Assembly: GCA_965214925.1 (NCBI GenBank)
Contig: OZ244028.1
Span: 3,592,205-3,656,204 of the forward strand
Direction of reading: 5' to 3'
From: Candidatus Latescibacterota bacterium
Lineage (GTDB): Bacteria; Latescibacterota; UBA2968
DNA length: 64,000 nucleotides
Shown here: piece by piece, positions 47,903-58,663 of the stretch
Position numbering within the stretch: the first letter of the stretch is position 1
How the letters are laid out: every line of letters begins with the position of its first letter
Position numbers and translations under genes: made by a program
Notes under the pieces: model-generated
Told to the model about the DNA's origin: nothing
Database searches by the model: none
Seen by the model: the letters and a program-made list of their open reading frames with translations, nothing else

Positions 47903-48685
47903 TCAGCGTTCCCGTCTCAAAATCAGCGCTTTTGTAACGCCTGCAACAACCCGTCGAGGCAATGCGCGCACGCAAAATGCCAGCACTTTATTGATATATC
48001 CGTGAACGGCCACGCGCTTGCGCTTTTGCAGTGCTCTGTAGCCGTATATTGCGACATCCGCGCCCGTGGGCAACTCGCGCGCGTCAAACAAGCGCGAACC
48101 CATGGCACCTGCTGTCCGTTGAAATCCCGTCTCTGTTGGCCCCGGGCACAGCGCGGTCACGGTCACGCCAGTGCCCTCTAATTCGTGGGCAACGGCATAG
48201 GAAAACGACAACACATAAGCTTTGGTCGCAAAATACACGGCCATCATCGGGCCAGGTTGAAATGCCGCGGTCGAAGCGACATTCAAAATTTTTCCCCGGC
48301 CTTTGGCAATCAAATCCGGCAAAAATAATTTGGTCAAATGCGTGAGCGCGACAATATTCACCTGCAACATATCCGCTTCCGCTGTCCAGTCTGTTTCTGC
48401 ATGCGCCCCGTAGACCCCAAACCCGGCATTGTTCACCAGATAATCCACGTTCCAACCGTTTTCCACGACCCGATCATAGACCTTCTTTGCTCCGCCCGGC
48501 AGCGACAAATCCGCCGCGATCACCAGGGCTTTTACGCGGTGTTCTTCGCGCACTTCTTTTGCCAGCGCATGTAACTTATCCCCAGACCGCGCGGACAAAA
48601 TCACATCACTCCCCTCTGCTGCAAACACCCGTGCCAATGCCAAACCAATGCCGCTCGACGCGCCTGTGATCAGTGCTGTTGCCAT
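47903..48685 (-). CDS. SDR-family oxidoreductase
   Basis: ITGASSGIG and YFATKAY. Confidence 0.8.
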   Translation of the reverse strand: MATALITGASSGIGLALARVFAAEGSDVILSARSGDKLHALAKEVREEHRVKALVIAADLSLPGGAKKVYDRVVENGWNVDYLVNNAGFGVYGAHAETDWTAEADMLQVNIVALTHLTKLFLPDLIAKGRGKILNVASTAAFQPGPMMAVYFATKAYVLSFSYAVAHELEGTGVTVTALCPGPTETGFQRTAGAMGSRLFDARELPTGADVAIYGYRALQKRKRVAVHGYINKVLAFCVRALPRRVVAGVTKALILRRER

Positions 48686-48711
48686 CCTGTTTCGACCTTT
48701 TTTTTAAATGC

Positions 48712-49644
48712 TCATTGCTCTCGAAACCACTCAATGGTGCGTCGCAACCCCCGCGCTGCTGGTACCTTGGGCTCCCATCCCAAGAGTTTTTTGGCGACGG
48801 TAATATCGGGTCGCCGCGCTTGAGGGTCGTCACCAATTTGTGCATTGGGCATCAGCGCGATCTCGCTTTTGCTCTCGGTCAACGCAATGATCGTTTTCGC
48901 CAGACCTAATATCGATGTCTCACCCAATGGGTTGCCGAGGTTTACCGGCGCGTGATAATCTGTGTTCATCAACCGATAAATCCCTTCAACCAAGTCCGAA
49001 ACATAACAAATACTGCGCGTTTGGCGGCCATCGCCGTACACCTTCAACGGTTCACCTGCCAGCGCCGAAGCGATAAAATTGGGAATGGCCCGCCCATCGT
49101 TTTTTCGCATACGGGGGCCATAAGTATTAAAAATTCGCACAATCCGCGTGTCGATCCCGCGCTCGCGGTAATAGACCATCGTCATCGCCTCGGCAAAACG
49201 CTTGGCTTCGTCATACACCGCGCGCACGCCCAAAGTATTGACATTGCCCCAATACGATTCCGGTTGCGGATGCACCAGGGGGTCGCCGTAAATCTCGGAC
49301 GTAGAGGCCAAAAGAAACTTCGCGTTTTTCGCGCGCGCCACCCCGAGCGCGTTGTATGTGCCGTGCGACCCGACCTTCATAATGCGAATGGGATAGCGCG
49401 AAAAATCACTGGGGCTAGCCGGGCTGGCAAAATGCAAAACATAATCCAGAGGGCCCTTCACATAGATGTAATTGATCACGTTGTGCTTGATAAATGTAAA
49501 ACCATCTCGGCCCAACAAGTGCGCGACATTTTTTGTCTGTCCGGTCAACAAGTTATCCATCACAATCAGTTCGTGCCCGTCATCCAACAAGCGGTCGCAC
49601 AAATGCGACCCCAAAAAACCGGCACCGCCTGTGAGTAAAATACG
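48712..49644 (-). CDS. UDP-glucuronate decarboxylase (UDP-xylose synthase-like NAD-dependent epimerase/dehydratase)
   Basis: [16 protein letters not shown] and YxxxK (YDEAKR). Confidence 0.8.
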   Translation of the reverse strand, partial: RILLTGGAGFLGSHLCDRLLDDGHELIVMDNLLTGQTKNVAHLLGRDGFTFIKHNVINYIYVKGPLDYVLHFASPASPSDFSRYPIRIMKVGSHGTYNALGVARAKNAKFLLASTSEIYGDPLVHPQPESYWGNVNTLGVRAVYDEAKRFAEAMTMVYYRERGIDTRIVRIFNTYGPRMRKNDGRAIPNFIASALAGEPLKVYGDGRQTRSICYVSDLVEGIYRLMNTDYHAPVNLGNPLGETSILGLAKTIIALTESKSEIALMPNAQIGDDPQARRPDITVAKKLLGWEPKVPAARGLRRTIEWFREQ

Positions 49645-49658
49645 CATACCATTCCCCG

Positions 49659-51002
49659 CTACAGTTTCACGACGTGATCCTTCTTTCCAGCCACATCCCG
49701 CGTGGCATTGCGCGTATCGACAATACAGCGCGCGCGCCGCACAACCCATTCGTAATCGCAAGTGCTGTGATCCGTCGCAATCACCACGCAATGGGCATCT
49801 TTTAGCCGTTTTGCATTCAAATCCACACCCTTCAAATCCAGACTTTCTACCTTGAGATGATCCACAAACGGATCGTGATACGAAATTTTCGCGCCCTTCT
49901 TCTGGAGCATGTCTAAAATATCCAATGCGGGCGACTCTCGAATATCACCCACATCGGGTTTATACGTCACGCCCAAAATCAGGATGTTTGACCCTTTCAA
50001 GCTGCGCTCGTATTCGTTGAGCACCGCGGCGATCTTATCCACCACATAGCCCGGCATGCTGCGCGTCACTTCGCTGGCCAATTCAATAAAGCGCGCGTGG
50101 TAATTCAACGACTTCAGCTTCCACGCCAGAAAGTGCGGATCAACCGGAATGCAATGCCCGCCCAACCCAGGGCCGGGATAAAACGGCATAAACCCAAACG
50201 GCTTGGTCGCTGCGGCATCGATCACTTCCCAAACATCCACCTCCAACCGGTCACACATCAACGCCACCTCATTAACCAAGCCGATATTCACACTGCGAAA
50301 CGTATTCTCCAGCAATTTGGTCATTTCCGCCGCTTGCGTCGACGATACCGGCACCACATCCCCGATGAATTGCCGGTAAAAACGCGTGCCTATCTTTTTG
50401 CAAGCCGGAGTCATACCCCCCACCACTTTGGGCGTGTTGGTCAGGGTATAAAGCTGATTGCCCGGGTCGACGCGCTCCGGGGAAAATACCAAAAAAAAAT
50501 CTTTCCCCACCGTCAAACCACTTTCCTCGAGCAGGGGCAAGACCAGTTCGCGCGTTGTCCCCGGATACGTCGTGCTCTCCAAAATCACCAGTTGCCCGCA
50601 GCGCAATCGGTTCTTGATCGCACCACATGCCTGTGCAATAAATGAGATATCCGGATCGCGCGTTTTATTTAACGGGGTGGGCACACACACCACCACCACA
50701 TCGACATCGCCGAGCACATCGCAGGCCTGCGTCGCCGCCAATTTTCCCGCTGCCTGAAGCCCTAACAACTCAAACTCCGACACGCCCTGCACGTCTGACT
50801 TTCCCGACGACACCAAATCCACTTTGCGCGCGGAGGTATCCACCCCGGTTACGGAAAACCCCACCTTACCCAATGCCACGGCCAAAGGCAACCCCATATA
50901 CCCCAACCCCATCACCGCTACCCGTGCGTCGCGCGCCGAGATTTTCTTTTCCAGCACCTGTTCGGGCGTTGCGATTTTATGGCACTCTTTTTTTTGTGCC
51001 AT
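49659..51002 (-). CDS. UDP-sugar 6-dehydrogenase family (Ugd/WecC/TviB-like)
   Basis: [20 protein letters not shown]-binding and catalytic GGHCIPVDP. Confidence 0.85.
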   Translation of the reverse strand: MAQKKECHKIATPEQVLEKKISARDARVAVMGLGYMGLPLAVALGKVGFSVTGVDTSARKVDLVSSGKSDVQGVSEFELLGLQAAGKLAATQACDVLGDVDVVVVCVPTPLNKTRDPDISFIAQACGAIKNRLRCGQLVILESTTYPGTTRELVLPLLEESGLTVGKDFFLVFSPERVDPGNQLYTLTNTPKVVGGMTPACKKIGTRFYRQFIGDVVPVSSTQAAEMTKLLENTFRSVNIGLVNEVALMCDRLEVDVWEVIDAAATKPFGFMPFYPGPGLGGHCIPVDPHFLAWKLKSLNYHARFIELASEVTRSMPGYVVDKIAAVLNEYERSLKGSNILILGVTYKPDVGDIRESPALDILDMLQKKGAKISYHDPFVDHLKVESLDLKGVDLNAKRLKDAHCVVIATDHSTCDYEWVVRRARCIVDTRNATRDVAGKKDHVVKL

Positions 51003-51924
51003 TATCCCCTCCCTCCGGTCCGATCATCCGCATCAACACGGCTTTTTGAATGTGCATGCGATTCTCTGCCTGATCCACAGCGATGCAGCGGTCACTCGCC
51101 ATCACCTCATCTGTCACCTCATAGCCCTTGTGTGCGGGCAAACAATGCATCACCAATGCGTGGGTCTTTTTGAGCAAATCGCCATTGATCTGATACGGCG
51201 CGAACACACTCGTGCGCCGCTGCTTCTCTTTTGCAAATTCTGGGCTGTTAAAAAATTCCATATCGATCCACGTATCGGTATATACAAAATCAGCATCGGC
51301 AACCGCGGCGTGCAGATCTGGCGTTTCCGCAAACAACCCGGTTGCGCGAGCCGCTTCGATCAGTTCGGGGTCTTCCGATGGCTTGTTGATCTCAGGCGTC
51401 ACAGCAGTGATGCGTAGACCGGCTTTTGTACACGCGGTCACCAGCGAATTGCACACGTTGTTCCAGATGCCCACATAAACCACGTGCGCGCCCTCGAACT
51501 TGCCCCGCACGTCCAATATCGACAGCAGATCGCCCAATGCCTGACAGGGGTGGTACCGGTCGCAACATCCGTTGATCACGGGCACTTCGGATCCGCTGGT
51601 CAGACGCTGCAAATCTTCGTGCCTGAGCATGCGCGCCATAATCACATCTGTATATCGCGACAACACCTGCGCTTCATCGCGCAAATCAGCCAACCCAAAA
51701 TTGGTGGTCGCCCAGTCCAAAAACACCGCTTGACCCCCCAGTTGATGCATGCCCACTTCAAAAGACACGCGGGTGCGCGTCGATGTTTTCTGAAACAACA
51801 TTGCCAGTGTCTGTCCCGTGAGCAAACCCGCATAGCGGTCAGGGTGCTTTTTTATCGCCAGACCCATTTCCACCGCACTGAAAATATCATCTGTTGACCA
51901 CGTCTTCAACGTCAAAAGATCCAT
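50977..51924 (-). CDS. Ornithine/aspartate carbamoyltransferase-family protein (OTCase-like)
   Basis: STRTR, HPCQALGD and HCLPAHKG motifs. Confidence 0.8.
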   Translation of the reverse strand: MDLLTLKTWSTDDIFSAVEMGLAIKKHPDRYAGLLTGQTLAMLFQKTSTRTRVSFEVGMHQLGGQAVFLDWATTNFGLADLRDEAQVLSRYTDVIMARMLRHEDLQRLTSGSEVPVINGCCDRYHPCQALGDLLSILDVRGKFEGAHVVYVGIWNNVCNSLVTACTKAGLRITAVTPEINKPSEDPELIEAARATGLFAETPDLHAAVADADFVYTDTWIDMEFFNSPEFAKEKQRRTSVFAPYQINGDLLKKTHALVMHCLPAHKGYEVTDEVMASDRCIAVDQAENRMHIQKAVLMRMIGPEGGDNGTKKRVP

Positions 51925-51983
51925 AGCCCATTCCTTCCCGTTGAACTTCTGCTTGCCCATACTTGCCTGCGATAGGTAGAGGC

Positions 51984-53000
51984 TTACAATTGCTCGCGCA
52001 CAACAGACAGCAAACGCCCGCGCACCTCATCGACAGCACCTTCGATGAGGCATCCCGATGCACATCTGTGACCCCCGCCATCAAATTGACGGGCGACGCG
52101 ATGGACATCCACTTTTCCCCTCGACCGCAAACTCACGCGCTGTTGCCCAGGCTCGTATTCCTTAAAAAACAATGCCACTTCAACGCCGTCGACCGATATC
52201 GCCTGATCCACCACCCCATCGAGATCGCCATTCATCGCATAGGTTTTGTGATCGACGTACAACGCGCTGACCCGTCCATTTTCGTGTCGTGTCATATTCG
52301 ATAGCGCGAACCCCAATGTTTTCACCGTTTGATACGTCTGACGCGAAAACAAACCCTCTGCAATCTGCTGCGGATCAGCACCGTGCTCAACGAGTTCTGA
52401 TGCCGCGCGCAGCGCGCGTTCTGGATGCGAATGCCTAAACAGTTTCGTGTCAAATGCAATCCCGGCATACAGACACGTGGCGATCTCTGGCGTAAACCCC
52501 GCGCCAGACGCGCGCTGCGGGATACAACTGGCGTGCCAGTTTATGAGCAAATAGATCAACTCGCTGGCTGCACTGGCACCCGCATCGATCACCCGCACAT
52601 CGCCATCTTCATCTTCGCCCACATGGTGATCGATCACCAACGTTTGGGTTGCGCGCCCAATAAGACCCGCCACATCGCCAATGCGTTTTTCCGACAACGT
52701 CGGTGCATCCACCACCACGAGCCGAGGCACAGGCGCGCAATCGGCCCCTGTACCGTGCGATGAACTTCGGACAAAGTTGCACACCGTTTCAATGCGATCA
52801 TAGCCCGGCAAAAATCGCAACTTGCGATCTGGCGTCTCATCCGCCAACACAATCCGATGCTTTCGCCCCTGCCGCGCCAACCAGTGACTCAACCCCAACA
52901 GCGCGCCTATGCCATCGCCATCTGCATTCACATGCGTTGTCAGCACCAGGTCATCTCCTGCCGACAAAAATTCCAGAGCCGATTGAAAGTCCATGCCCAT
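51984..53000 (-). CDS. nrnA: DHH/DHHA1 phosphoesterase (NrnA-like oligoribonuclease/pAp phosphatase)
   Basis: DGDGIGA, VIDHH and GGGH motifs. Confidence 0.75.
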   Translation of the reverse strand: MGMDFQSALEFLSAGDDLVLTTHVNADGDGIGALLGLSHWLARQGRKHRIVLADETPDRKLRFLPGYDRIETVCNFVRSSSHGTGADCAPVPRLVVVDAPTLSEKRIGDVAGLIGRATQTLVIDHHVGEDEDGDVRVIDAGASAASELIYLLINWHASCIPQRASGAGFTPEIATCLYAGIAFDTKLFRHSHPERALRAASELVEHGADPQQIAEGLFSRQTYQTVKTLGFALSNMTRHENGRVSALYVDHKTYAMNGDLDGVVDQAISVDGVEVALFFKEYEPGQQRVSLRSRGKVDVHRVARQFDGGGHRCASGCLIEGAVDEVRGRLLSVVREQL

Positions 53001-53096
53001 GTCCGTTCAATTGGAGTAACTTTGGGGATGCGCGCCGTCTGATTTTCAATTGTTTTCAACACGTCCGATTTTGAGTCTCGGCTGCCCGAACCCTTT

Positions 53097-53735
53097 TCAT
53101 TTTTTAGGGGCGGGCTTTTCAGATATCCTATTTTTTTTTCTGCGGATAGCCCGCAAACGCTTTGAAGTACTGTCCAAAATGCGTTGTCGCTCCTGCTGAG
53201 AATGGCGTATGGCATGAAAAAGACTCGCGCGTTTGCGCGCGGCTTGCAATGCCCGAAAATCCCGTTGATCCCGATCTCCCAGCCGAGACAAATACCGCAC
53301 GCGTTGGGCCGCATTTCTAAATGACCTCGCCGAAAACAACACCGCCAGTATCCCCCGCCGCCCTATTTTGTATTTCTCTCGAGCGCGCCGCGCCAGATCC
53401 CGTTCGAGACTTTTGAGCTGAGACTCGACCTGTCGAAGCTGTTGCTCGGTGCGATTGAGCTCACGCGCCAGATCCTGAGACGCGTGCTGCACCGCGCGCA
53501 ACGCATCTTCGATCTGAGCCGTATCGCGTTCTTGTTGATTCTGTGCCGACGCTTCCGACGACATTTGCAAGAGCACTTCTTCAGCCGCGATTCGCGCTTT
53601 CAAACTGTCCAGCGCGGCTCGCTCAGCCTTTAGCCGCGCCTCCAACTCGCCCACTGTCTGCGCCATTGTCTTTCCATTGATCGACAAGGCGATCAGAAAT
53701 GCCATCGCGCGCAATATATACGCTGCTCGCTGCAT
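53097..53735 (-). CDS. Coiled-coil secreted protein resembling the EnvC N-terminal region; no LytM/M23 domain
   Basis: Signal peptide plus long heptad-rich region. Located immediately downstream of ftsEX. Confidence 0.4.
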   Translation of the reverse strand: MQRAAYILRAMAFLIALSINGKTMAQTVGELEARLKAERAALDSLKARIAAEEVLLQMSSEASAQNQQERDTAQIEDALRAVQHASQDLARELNRTEQQLRQVESQLKSLERDLARRAREKYKIGRRGILAVLFSARSFRNAAQRVRYLSRLGDRDQRDFRALQAARKRASLFHAIRHSQQERQRILDSTSKRLRAIRRKKNRISEKPAPKK

Positions 53736-53774
53736 GTTGCACTTTCATACCAACGGGTGGACACAAGGCCGCCC

Positions 53775-54662
53775 CTACAATTCAATCGCCCCCAACACCC
53801 GGTTCAGCGACGACCAAGCACCTATCGCGCCCAGCACCGCGCCCAGCACCACCAGACCGAATCCCAGATCAATCGTTGGCGCGACCGCCAAATCCGGCAC
53901 GCGAACAGTCCACCACCACGACGCATAAGACAACATCAGGGACGCCAAAACTCCACCGGCAAAACCCTGAAGCGCACCCCCGGCCAAAAAGATCATCCGC
54001 ACAGTCGCGTCTGTCGCGCCCGCCAACCGCATAATCTCAATGGCATCGCGACGCGCCAGCACCATCAACTTTGACGTATTGCCCACGGCAAACGCGCACG
54101 CCAAACACAACACACCCCCTAAAACGAGTCCAACCTCCGTGATCACCTGAACAAATTCCTCTAACTTATCCACCCAAATTTCACCCACATCCACACTTTC
54201 CACACCTTCATAACCGCTTACGGCCCGTGCAACTGTCTGCTTGCGGCGCGGCATATCCAGTCCATGGGAAATGCGGACCCTGAGCGAAGCGGGCACGGGA
54301 TTGCGCGAGAGCGCATCGACCATGTCCGGACCAAATAGTGCCCGAAATTCTTTGGCAGCCACGTCCTGATCCACATACACAGTCCCGGCCACCTCGGGCA
54401 TCTCTTCCAACTTGCGGCGCAGTGCGAAGACGCGCTGTTGTGAAACGCCATCCCGAAAATAAATGTCTATCTCCACCTGAGCACGCAATTGGTCAACCAG
54501 CCCATATCCCCTCACAATCACCTGCCCAAACACCCCCCACACCAGCAGCGATACCCCCATGGTCGCCACAGAAATCACCCCCACTATCCCCGTGCGTGCA
54601 ACCCCTCGCCATGCCTCGCGCAACACCAGCAACAAACCCATGCCATTTTTCCGCCTGCTCAA
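53775..54662 (-). CDS. ftsX: Cell-division ABC transporter permease FtsX
   Basis: Four-TM FtsX topology with a periplasmic loop and a conserved C-terminal TM block. Translationally coupled to ftsE. Confidence 0.8.
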   Translation of the reverse strand: MSRRKNGMGLLLVLREAWRGVARTGIVGVISVATMGVSLLVWGVFGQVIVRGYGLVDQLRAQVEIDIYFRDGVSQQRVFALRRKLEEMPEVAGTVYVDQDVAAKEFRALFGPDMVDALSRNPVPASLRVRISHGLDMPRRKQTVARAVSGYEGVESVDVGEIWVDKLEEFVQVITEVGLVLGGVLCLACAFAVGNTSKLMVLARRDAIEIMRLAGATDATVRMIFLAGGALQGFAGGVLASLMLSYASWWWTVRVPDLAVAPTIDLGFGLVVLGAVLGAIGAWSSLNRVLGAIEL

Positions 54663-55324
54663 TGTGTAACCTGCTCAATCACCCCATCCACCAACCGCAA
54701 TATTCGCCGCGGATATCGCGCCACCAGCACCTCGTCATGCGTCGCCATGATCACAGCCATGCCGCGCGCCTGCATCTTCGCAAAAATCGCCATCACGTGA
54801 TCCGCCGCCTCGGAATCCATATAGGCTGTCGGTTCATCTGCCAACAGGACAAAGGGATCATTCACCAGTGCCCGCGCAATCGCCACCCGCTGTTGCTCAC
54901 CACCCGACAACACATCGGGATACGCATCGCGTTTGTGCAACAAATCCACATCCGACAACACCGCCAGTGTTTTGCGCTTCACCCAAGGCCGCGAAACGCC
55001 TATCACTTCGAGCGCGAAAGCCACGTTTTCATACACCGTGCGATCGCGCAACAATTTGAAATCCCGAAACACCACCCCCACGCGCCGCCGCATCCGCGGG
55101 ATATCCACTTTTCGAATCTGCTGCGAATCGCATTCCCCCACAAATACCACACCCGAACTGGGCAATTCCCCAAAAATAATCAACCTCAATATCGCGCGGT
55201 TTTCCACCCCTGTCTGCCCGACCAAATAGACAAACTCGCCCCGCTGGACTTCAAAGTCCACATTGACCAATATCGGTTGGCCCCGCTGTTCAACCCGCAC
55301 GTGTTGGAATTTAATCGCGCTCAT
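54659..55324 (-). CDS. ftsE: Cell-division ATP-binding protein FtsE, with a non-canonical Walker A
   Basis: [21 protein letters not shown] and ATHD are intact, but the P-loop reads GQTGVENRA where GxSGAGKST is expected (no Lys/Ser). Confidence 0.8.
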   Translation of the reverse strand: MSAIKFQHVRVEQRGQPILVNVDFEVQRGEFVYLVGQTGVENRAILRLIIFGELPSSGVVFVGECDSQQIRKVDIPRMRRRVGVVFRDFKLLRDRTVYENVAFALEVIGVSRPWVKRKTLAVLSDVDLLHKRDAYPDVLSGGEQQRVAIARALVNDPFVLLADEPTAYMDSEAADHVMAIFAKMQARGMAVIMATHDEVLVARYPRRILRLVDGVIEQVTH

Positions 55325-56097
55325 CTTTTATTTTTCAGCACAAAATGCACTCGATCCGACAACTCCGTTGGCGGTGCATACCCAAACCCGCCGTAGGCAC
55401 CCACCACTTCAAAAGGCGAAGCATCCACAATTTCTCCGATCTTCTCCAAAGAATAAATGCGCTGTTGATGCAACTCTTTTACCACTTCATTCGCGTCTTC
55501 AAAATGAATCTCAAATTTGTTGTACTGCACCCCCATCTCGTAATAACTGTGCCGCAAGTACGAAAACCCATCTCCGAAATCTTCTGACTGCATATTGCTA
55601 AAGTATTGCATCGAATTGCTCTCCGTACAAATATCGACCACAAAAACACCGCTCGGCGTCACCGCGCGATGCACTTCTTCAAACGCCTGCACCATCATTT
55701 CAGGTGACATCAAATAGTTAATGCTGTCGTACAAACACAACACCGCGTCACACGCGGGCAGATCGCCCAAATCAAGCAAATCGCGATGATAAAATGAAAT
55801 GGGATAGCGCAACTTGCGAACCTTCTGCACGGCCACATCGACCATCTCCCTGCACCCATCTGCGCCCAAAACATCAAATCCCCGGCGGTATATCTCAATC
55901 GCCAGACTGCCCGTGCCACAAGCCAGATCCAATACGCGGTTGGGGGTCACTTTGTGTCGGGCGAGCAACGACAACACATAGCGCGCCCAATGCACGTAAT
56001 CCACGTGTCGCATCACATAATCGTAAATGGCCGCCAAGCGGCTATAAGGTGCGGCTACTGTATCGGAGTTCGACATAAATGAAAAACGGCCAGCCAC
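55321..56097 (-). CDS. Class I SAM-dependent methyltransferase
   Basis: VLDLACGTGSLAIEI (motif I) and acidic motif II. Confidence 0.7.
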   Translation of the reverse strand: MAGRFSFMSNSDTVAAPYSRLAAIYDYVMRHVDYVHWARYVLSLLARHKVTPNRVLDLACGTGSLAIEIYRRGFDVLGADGCREMVDVAVQKVRKLRYPISFYHRDLLDLGDLPACDAVLCLYDSINYLMSPEMMVQAFEEVHRAVTPSGVFVVDICTESNSMQYFSNMQSEDFGDGFSYLRHSYYEMGVQYNKFEIHFEDANEVVKELHQQRIYSLEKIGEIVDASPFEVVGAYGGFGYAPPTELSDRVHFVLKNKR

Positions 56098-56139
56098 TGC
56101 CGGCCTTTACCTTTTTTCGCTTGGGTCATGATATCGCCG

Positions 56140-56412
56140 TCAAAAAAACTCTGCCGCCCGCGCTTCATCTCGAACAATGCGATAGAATTGAGGCGCGTCC
56201 TTCCGCGACACATTGCCCCGTGGAATCGCCGTCACCTCAAACTCCAACACGCGATCGGAAAATGCAATGCACACCCTTTGCCCGGCTTGTAAAATGCGAC
56301 TCGGCTTGGCCTTCTGACCTTCCACTGTCACAATGCCATTGTCGCACGCCCGCTTGCCCTCTGACCGCCGCCGCACCAGACAACACGTATTTAAATAGAC
56401 ATCCAGTCTCAT
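56140..56412 (-). CDS. S4-domain RNA-binding protein (Hsp15/YlmH-like)
   Basis: MRLDVYLNTCCLVRRRSEGKRACDNGIVTVEGQKAKPS S4 fold. Start chosen at MRLDVYL. Confidence 0.6.
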   Translation of the reverse strand: MRLDVYLNTCCLVRRRSEGKRACDNGIVTVEGQKAKPSRILQAGQRVCIAFSDRVLEFEVTAIPRGNVSRKDAPQFYRIVRDEARAAEFF

Positions 56413-56437
56413 GCTCTTCGCGCCTCTCGAGCGCAAA

Positions 56438-57679
56438 TTATTCCAACCGCACATCCACATACAACTTCGCTCGCGTTTCTGCCAACTTTTCATGGAACAA
56501 CGCCTGCAAACGCTCTTGTCGGGCAATCTCCTCTAAGGCATTGGCATCGTCATTGATCCGAAACAGATTCCACCCGCCTTCCACTTTCACGGGCAAACTC
56601 ACATCGCCCGGTTTGAGTGCCCGCACCACATCTGCGTATTCGGCCGGGAGATCGGCCTTGGGAAAACTCCCCAAAAATCCGCCGCGCGATGCCGTCTGTT
56701 CAAAATCGGAATGCGCGCGCGCGAGTTCGGCAAAATCAGCCCCGTCTTGAATCTGTTGATACAGTGCCATCGCCCTGTGCCGAGCGGCTTCTTCGTCTAT
56801 GGGCAACAAAAACAAAATGTGCCGCGCCCGCACTTGATCGTCCGATTTTTCCTCGACGCGGATAATGTGAAAGCCAAACTTCGACCGCACGAGGTCGCTC
56901 ACCCCCCCCACTTTGAGGCCAAATGCGACGTCCTCAAATGCCGTCACCATTGTACCGCGCCCAAAAAAGCCCAAATCCCCACCTTGAGCCGCGCTGCCCG
57001 GATCCTGTGAATATTCTCTTGCCAGAGCGGCAAAATTTTCACCCGCGCGAACGCGCGCCAAAACCGCTTCTGCCCGGGGGCGAATTTTGTCCGCCTGTTC
57101 TGTCGATGCCCTGGGTTCAACAAAAATATGACTTAACGACAGGATATTGGACTCGCCGCGCCGGTACTTTTCTTGAAATTCCTTCACGTACCGAGGCGAC
57201 ACACTCACCTGCTGCGCCAGCACCTCATACATACTGCGTTCCAAATACTGGTCGCGAAACTGCTCTCTGAACTCGTCTCGCATCTGTCGCTCGGTCAACC
57301 CCTGCTTTTTCAACTCTTCGGCAAAAGCCTCTGCGCCAAACTGCTCCTTGAGCTGGCGAACCTGCGCCCGCACCATCTCTTCCACGCGATCATCATCCAC
57401 CTCAATGCTGTCTTCTCGCGCTTTGGCCAGCAATAATTTGCGCTGAATTTCATTCTCCAGCACCTTATTAAACATATCCTCAAGTTCTGCCTGTGGCATG
57501 GTGCGAACATCGACCCCTCGCCCGATCAACGCCATTCGCAGTTTGTTCTCCACATCTGACTGCAACACGATCTCGTCATCTACCACAGCCACAATTTTAT
57601 CCAACAACACAGGCTCTGCACGCGCCGCGCCCAATAGCGCGAACAACCCGATCAACAAGGCAATAAACACAATTTTCAT
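56438..57679 (-). CDS. surA: SurA-like periplasmic chaperone/peptidyl-prolyl isomerase with two parvulin domains
   Basis: Signal peptide; two parvulin blocks (..FGFHIIRV.., ..GGWNLFRI..). Confidence 0.7.
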   Translation of the reverse strand: MKIVFIALLIGLFALLGAARAEPVLLDKIVAVVDDEIVLQSDVENKLRMALIGRGVDVRTMPQAELEDMFNKVLENEIQRKLLLAKAREDSIEVDDDRVEEMVRAQVRQLKEQFGAEAFAEELKKQGLTERQMRDEFREQFRDQYLERSMYEVLAQQVSVSPRYVKEFQEKYRRGESNILSLSHIFVEPRASTEQADKIRPRAEAVLARVRAGENFAALAREYSQDPGSAAQGGDLGFFGRGTMVTAFEDVAFGLKVGGVSDLVRSKFGFHIIRVEEKSDDQVRARHILFLLPIDEEAARHRAMALYQQIQDGADFAELARAHSDFEQTASRGGFLGSFPKADLPAEYADVVRALKPGDVSLPVKVEGGWNLFRINDDANALEEIARQERLQALFHEKLAETRAKLYVDVRLE

Positions 57680-57748
57680 GCCGACAAACTCCTATTTTGC
57701 ACTCGGGCACGCCCGTCCAAGCCAATGGGACGCCGCGTCCGCGCTCTA

Positions 57749-58609
57749 CTATTCAATTTTTTCCAGATCTAGGGACCATTTCATCCGCCCTTTGAGCTCG
57801 GCGAGCAACTCCGCCCGCTGCTCTCGTCTCCGTTCAGCCAGAATGCGCTGTTGAATTTCGCCGCGCACATCGGACAAAGCGCGTGTGGAACCCGCTCCGC
57901 GGCGATCCATCACCTCGATGACATGGTAGCCTAACTCGGTCGAAACGCGCGTGCGATGCCCCAATTTGGCACCCCGACATGCCGACCAAAAAGAGGGATT
58001 GACCATATTCTCGGTAAAATATCCCAAATCGCCGCCCTCTGCAGCCGACAGATCGATGGACACCTCGCCAGCCACTTGCCCGAAAAACTCGCCCTTTTGC
58101 AGCCGTTCCCATGCTTGATCCATTGTATCCTCATCTTTTACAACGAGATGTCGCACCCTGATTTCGAGCTGTTCGCGCGCAAAATCCGCCCGATGTGCTC
58201 CGTAATAGTCGAGAATTTCGCCTTCTGTGACTTCGGCATTGCGCGCGTGCACGCGCGCCACCAATTCGCCCGCCAACAGTTGCCGAACCGCGCGATCAAT
58301 GCGATCTGCCAATTCGGGATCTCTATCGAGCTTTTGTCGCACGGCTTCTCGATACAACAACTCTTCCTCAACCCAATTTTCGGCCAACCTCCGCTTTTCC
58401 TCAACTGAAATTGTGCCTATAAACGGGGCGGGAATCCGCCGATCCAACGCCTCTTGGGTCAGGTAGCGATCTCCTACCTGTGCGACCGCGGTGCCTTTTG
58501 GCGACCCCCCGCACCCCCACAGGGCGAGCAGGGCGATCATCAGGGCAATTTTCAAACGCCCCGGCCGCATCACAAAGCGCGTCCTCGCTGCGGTCATAAC
58601 CCCTCGCAT
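57749..58609 (-). CDS. PpiC-type peptidyl-prolyl isomerase (PrsA/SurA-like)
   Basis: Lipoprotein-like signal (LLALWGCGG) and parvulin block LGYHVIEV. Confidence 0.65.
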   Translation of the reverse strand: MRGVMTAARTRFVMRPGRLKIALMIALLALWGCGGSPKGTAVAQVGDRYLTQEALDRRIPAPFIGTISVEEKRRLAENWVEEELLYREAVRQKLDRDPELADRIDRAVRQLLAGELVARVHARNAEVTEGEILDYYGAHRADFAREQLEIRVRHLVVKDEDTMDQAWERLQKGEFFGQVAGEVSIDLSAAEGGDLGYFTENMVNPSFWSACRGAKLGHRTRVSTELGYHVIEVMDRRGAGSTRALSDVRGEIQQRILAERRREQRAELLAELKGRMKWSLDLEKIE

Positions 58610-58663
58610 GTGGCTCTAACTATCAGGCGACAAATAAAGTTCCAAGTGACCGAATATATGCCC

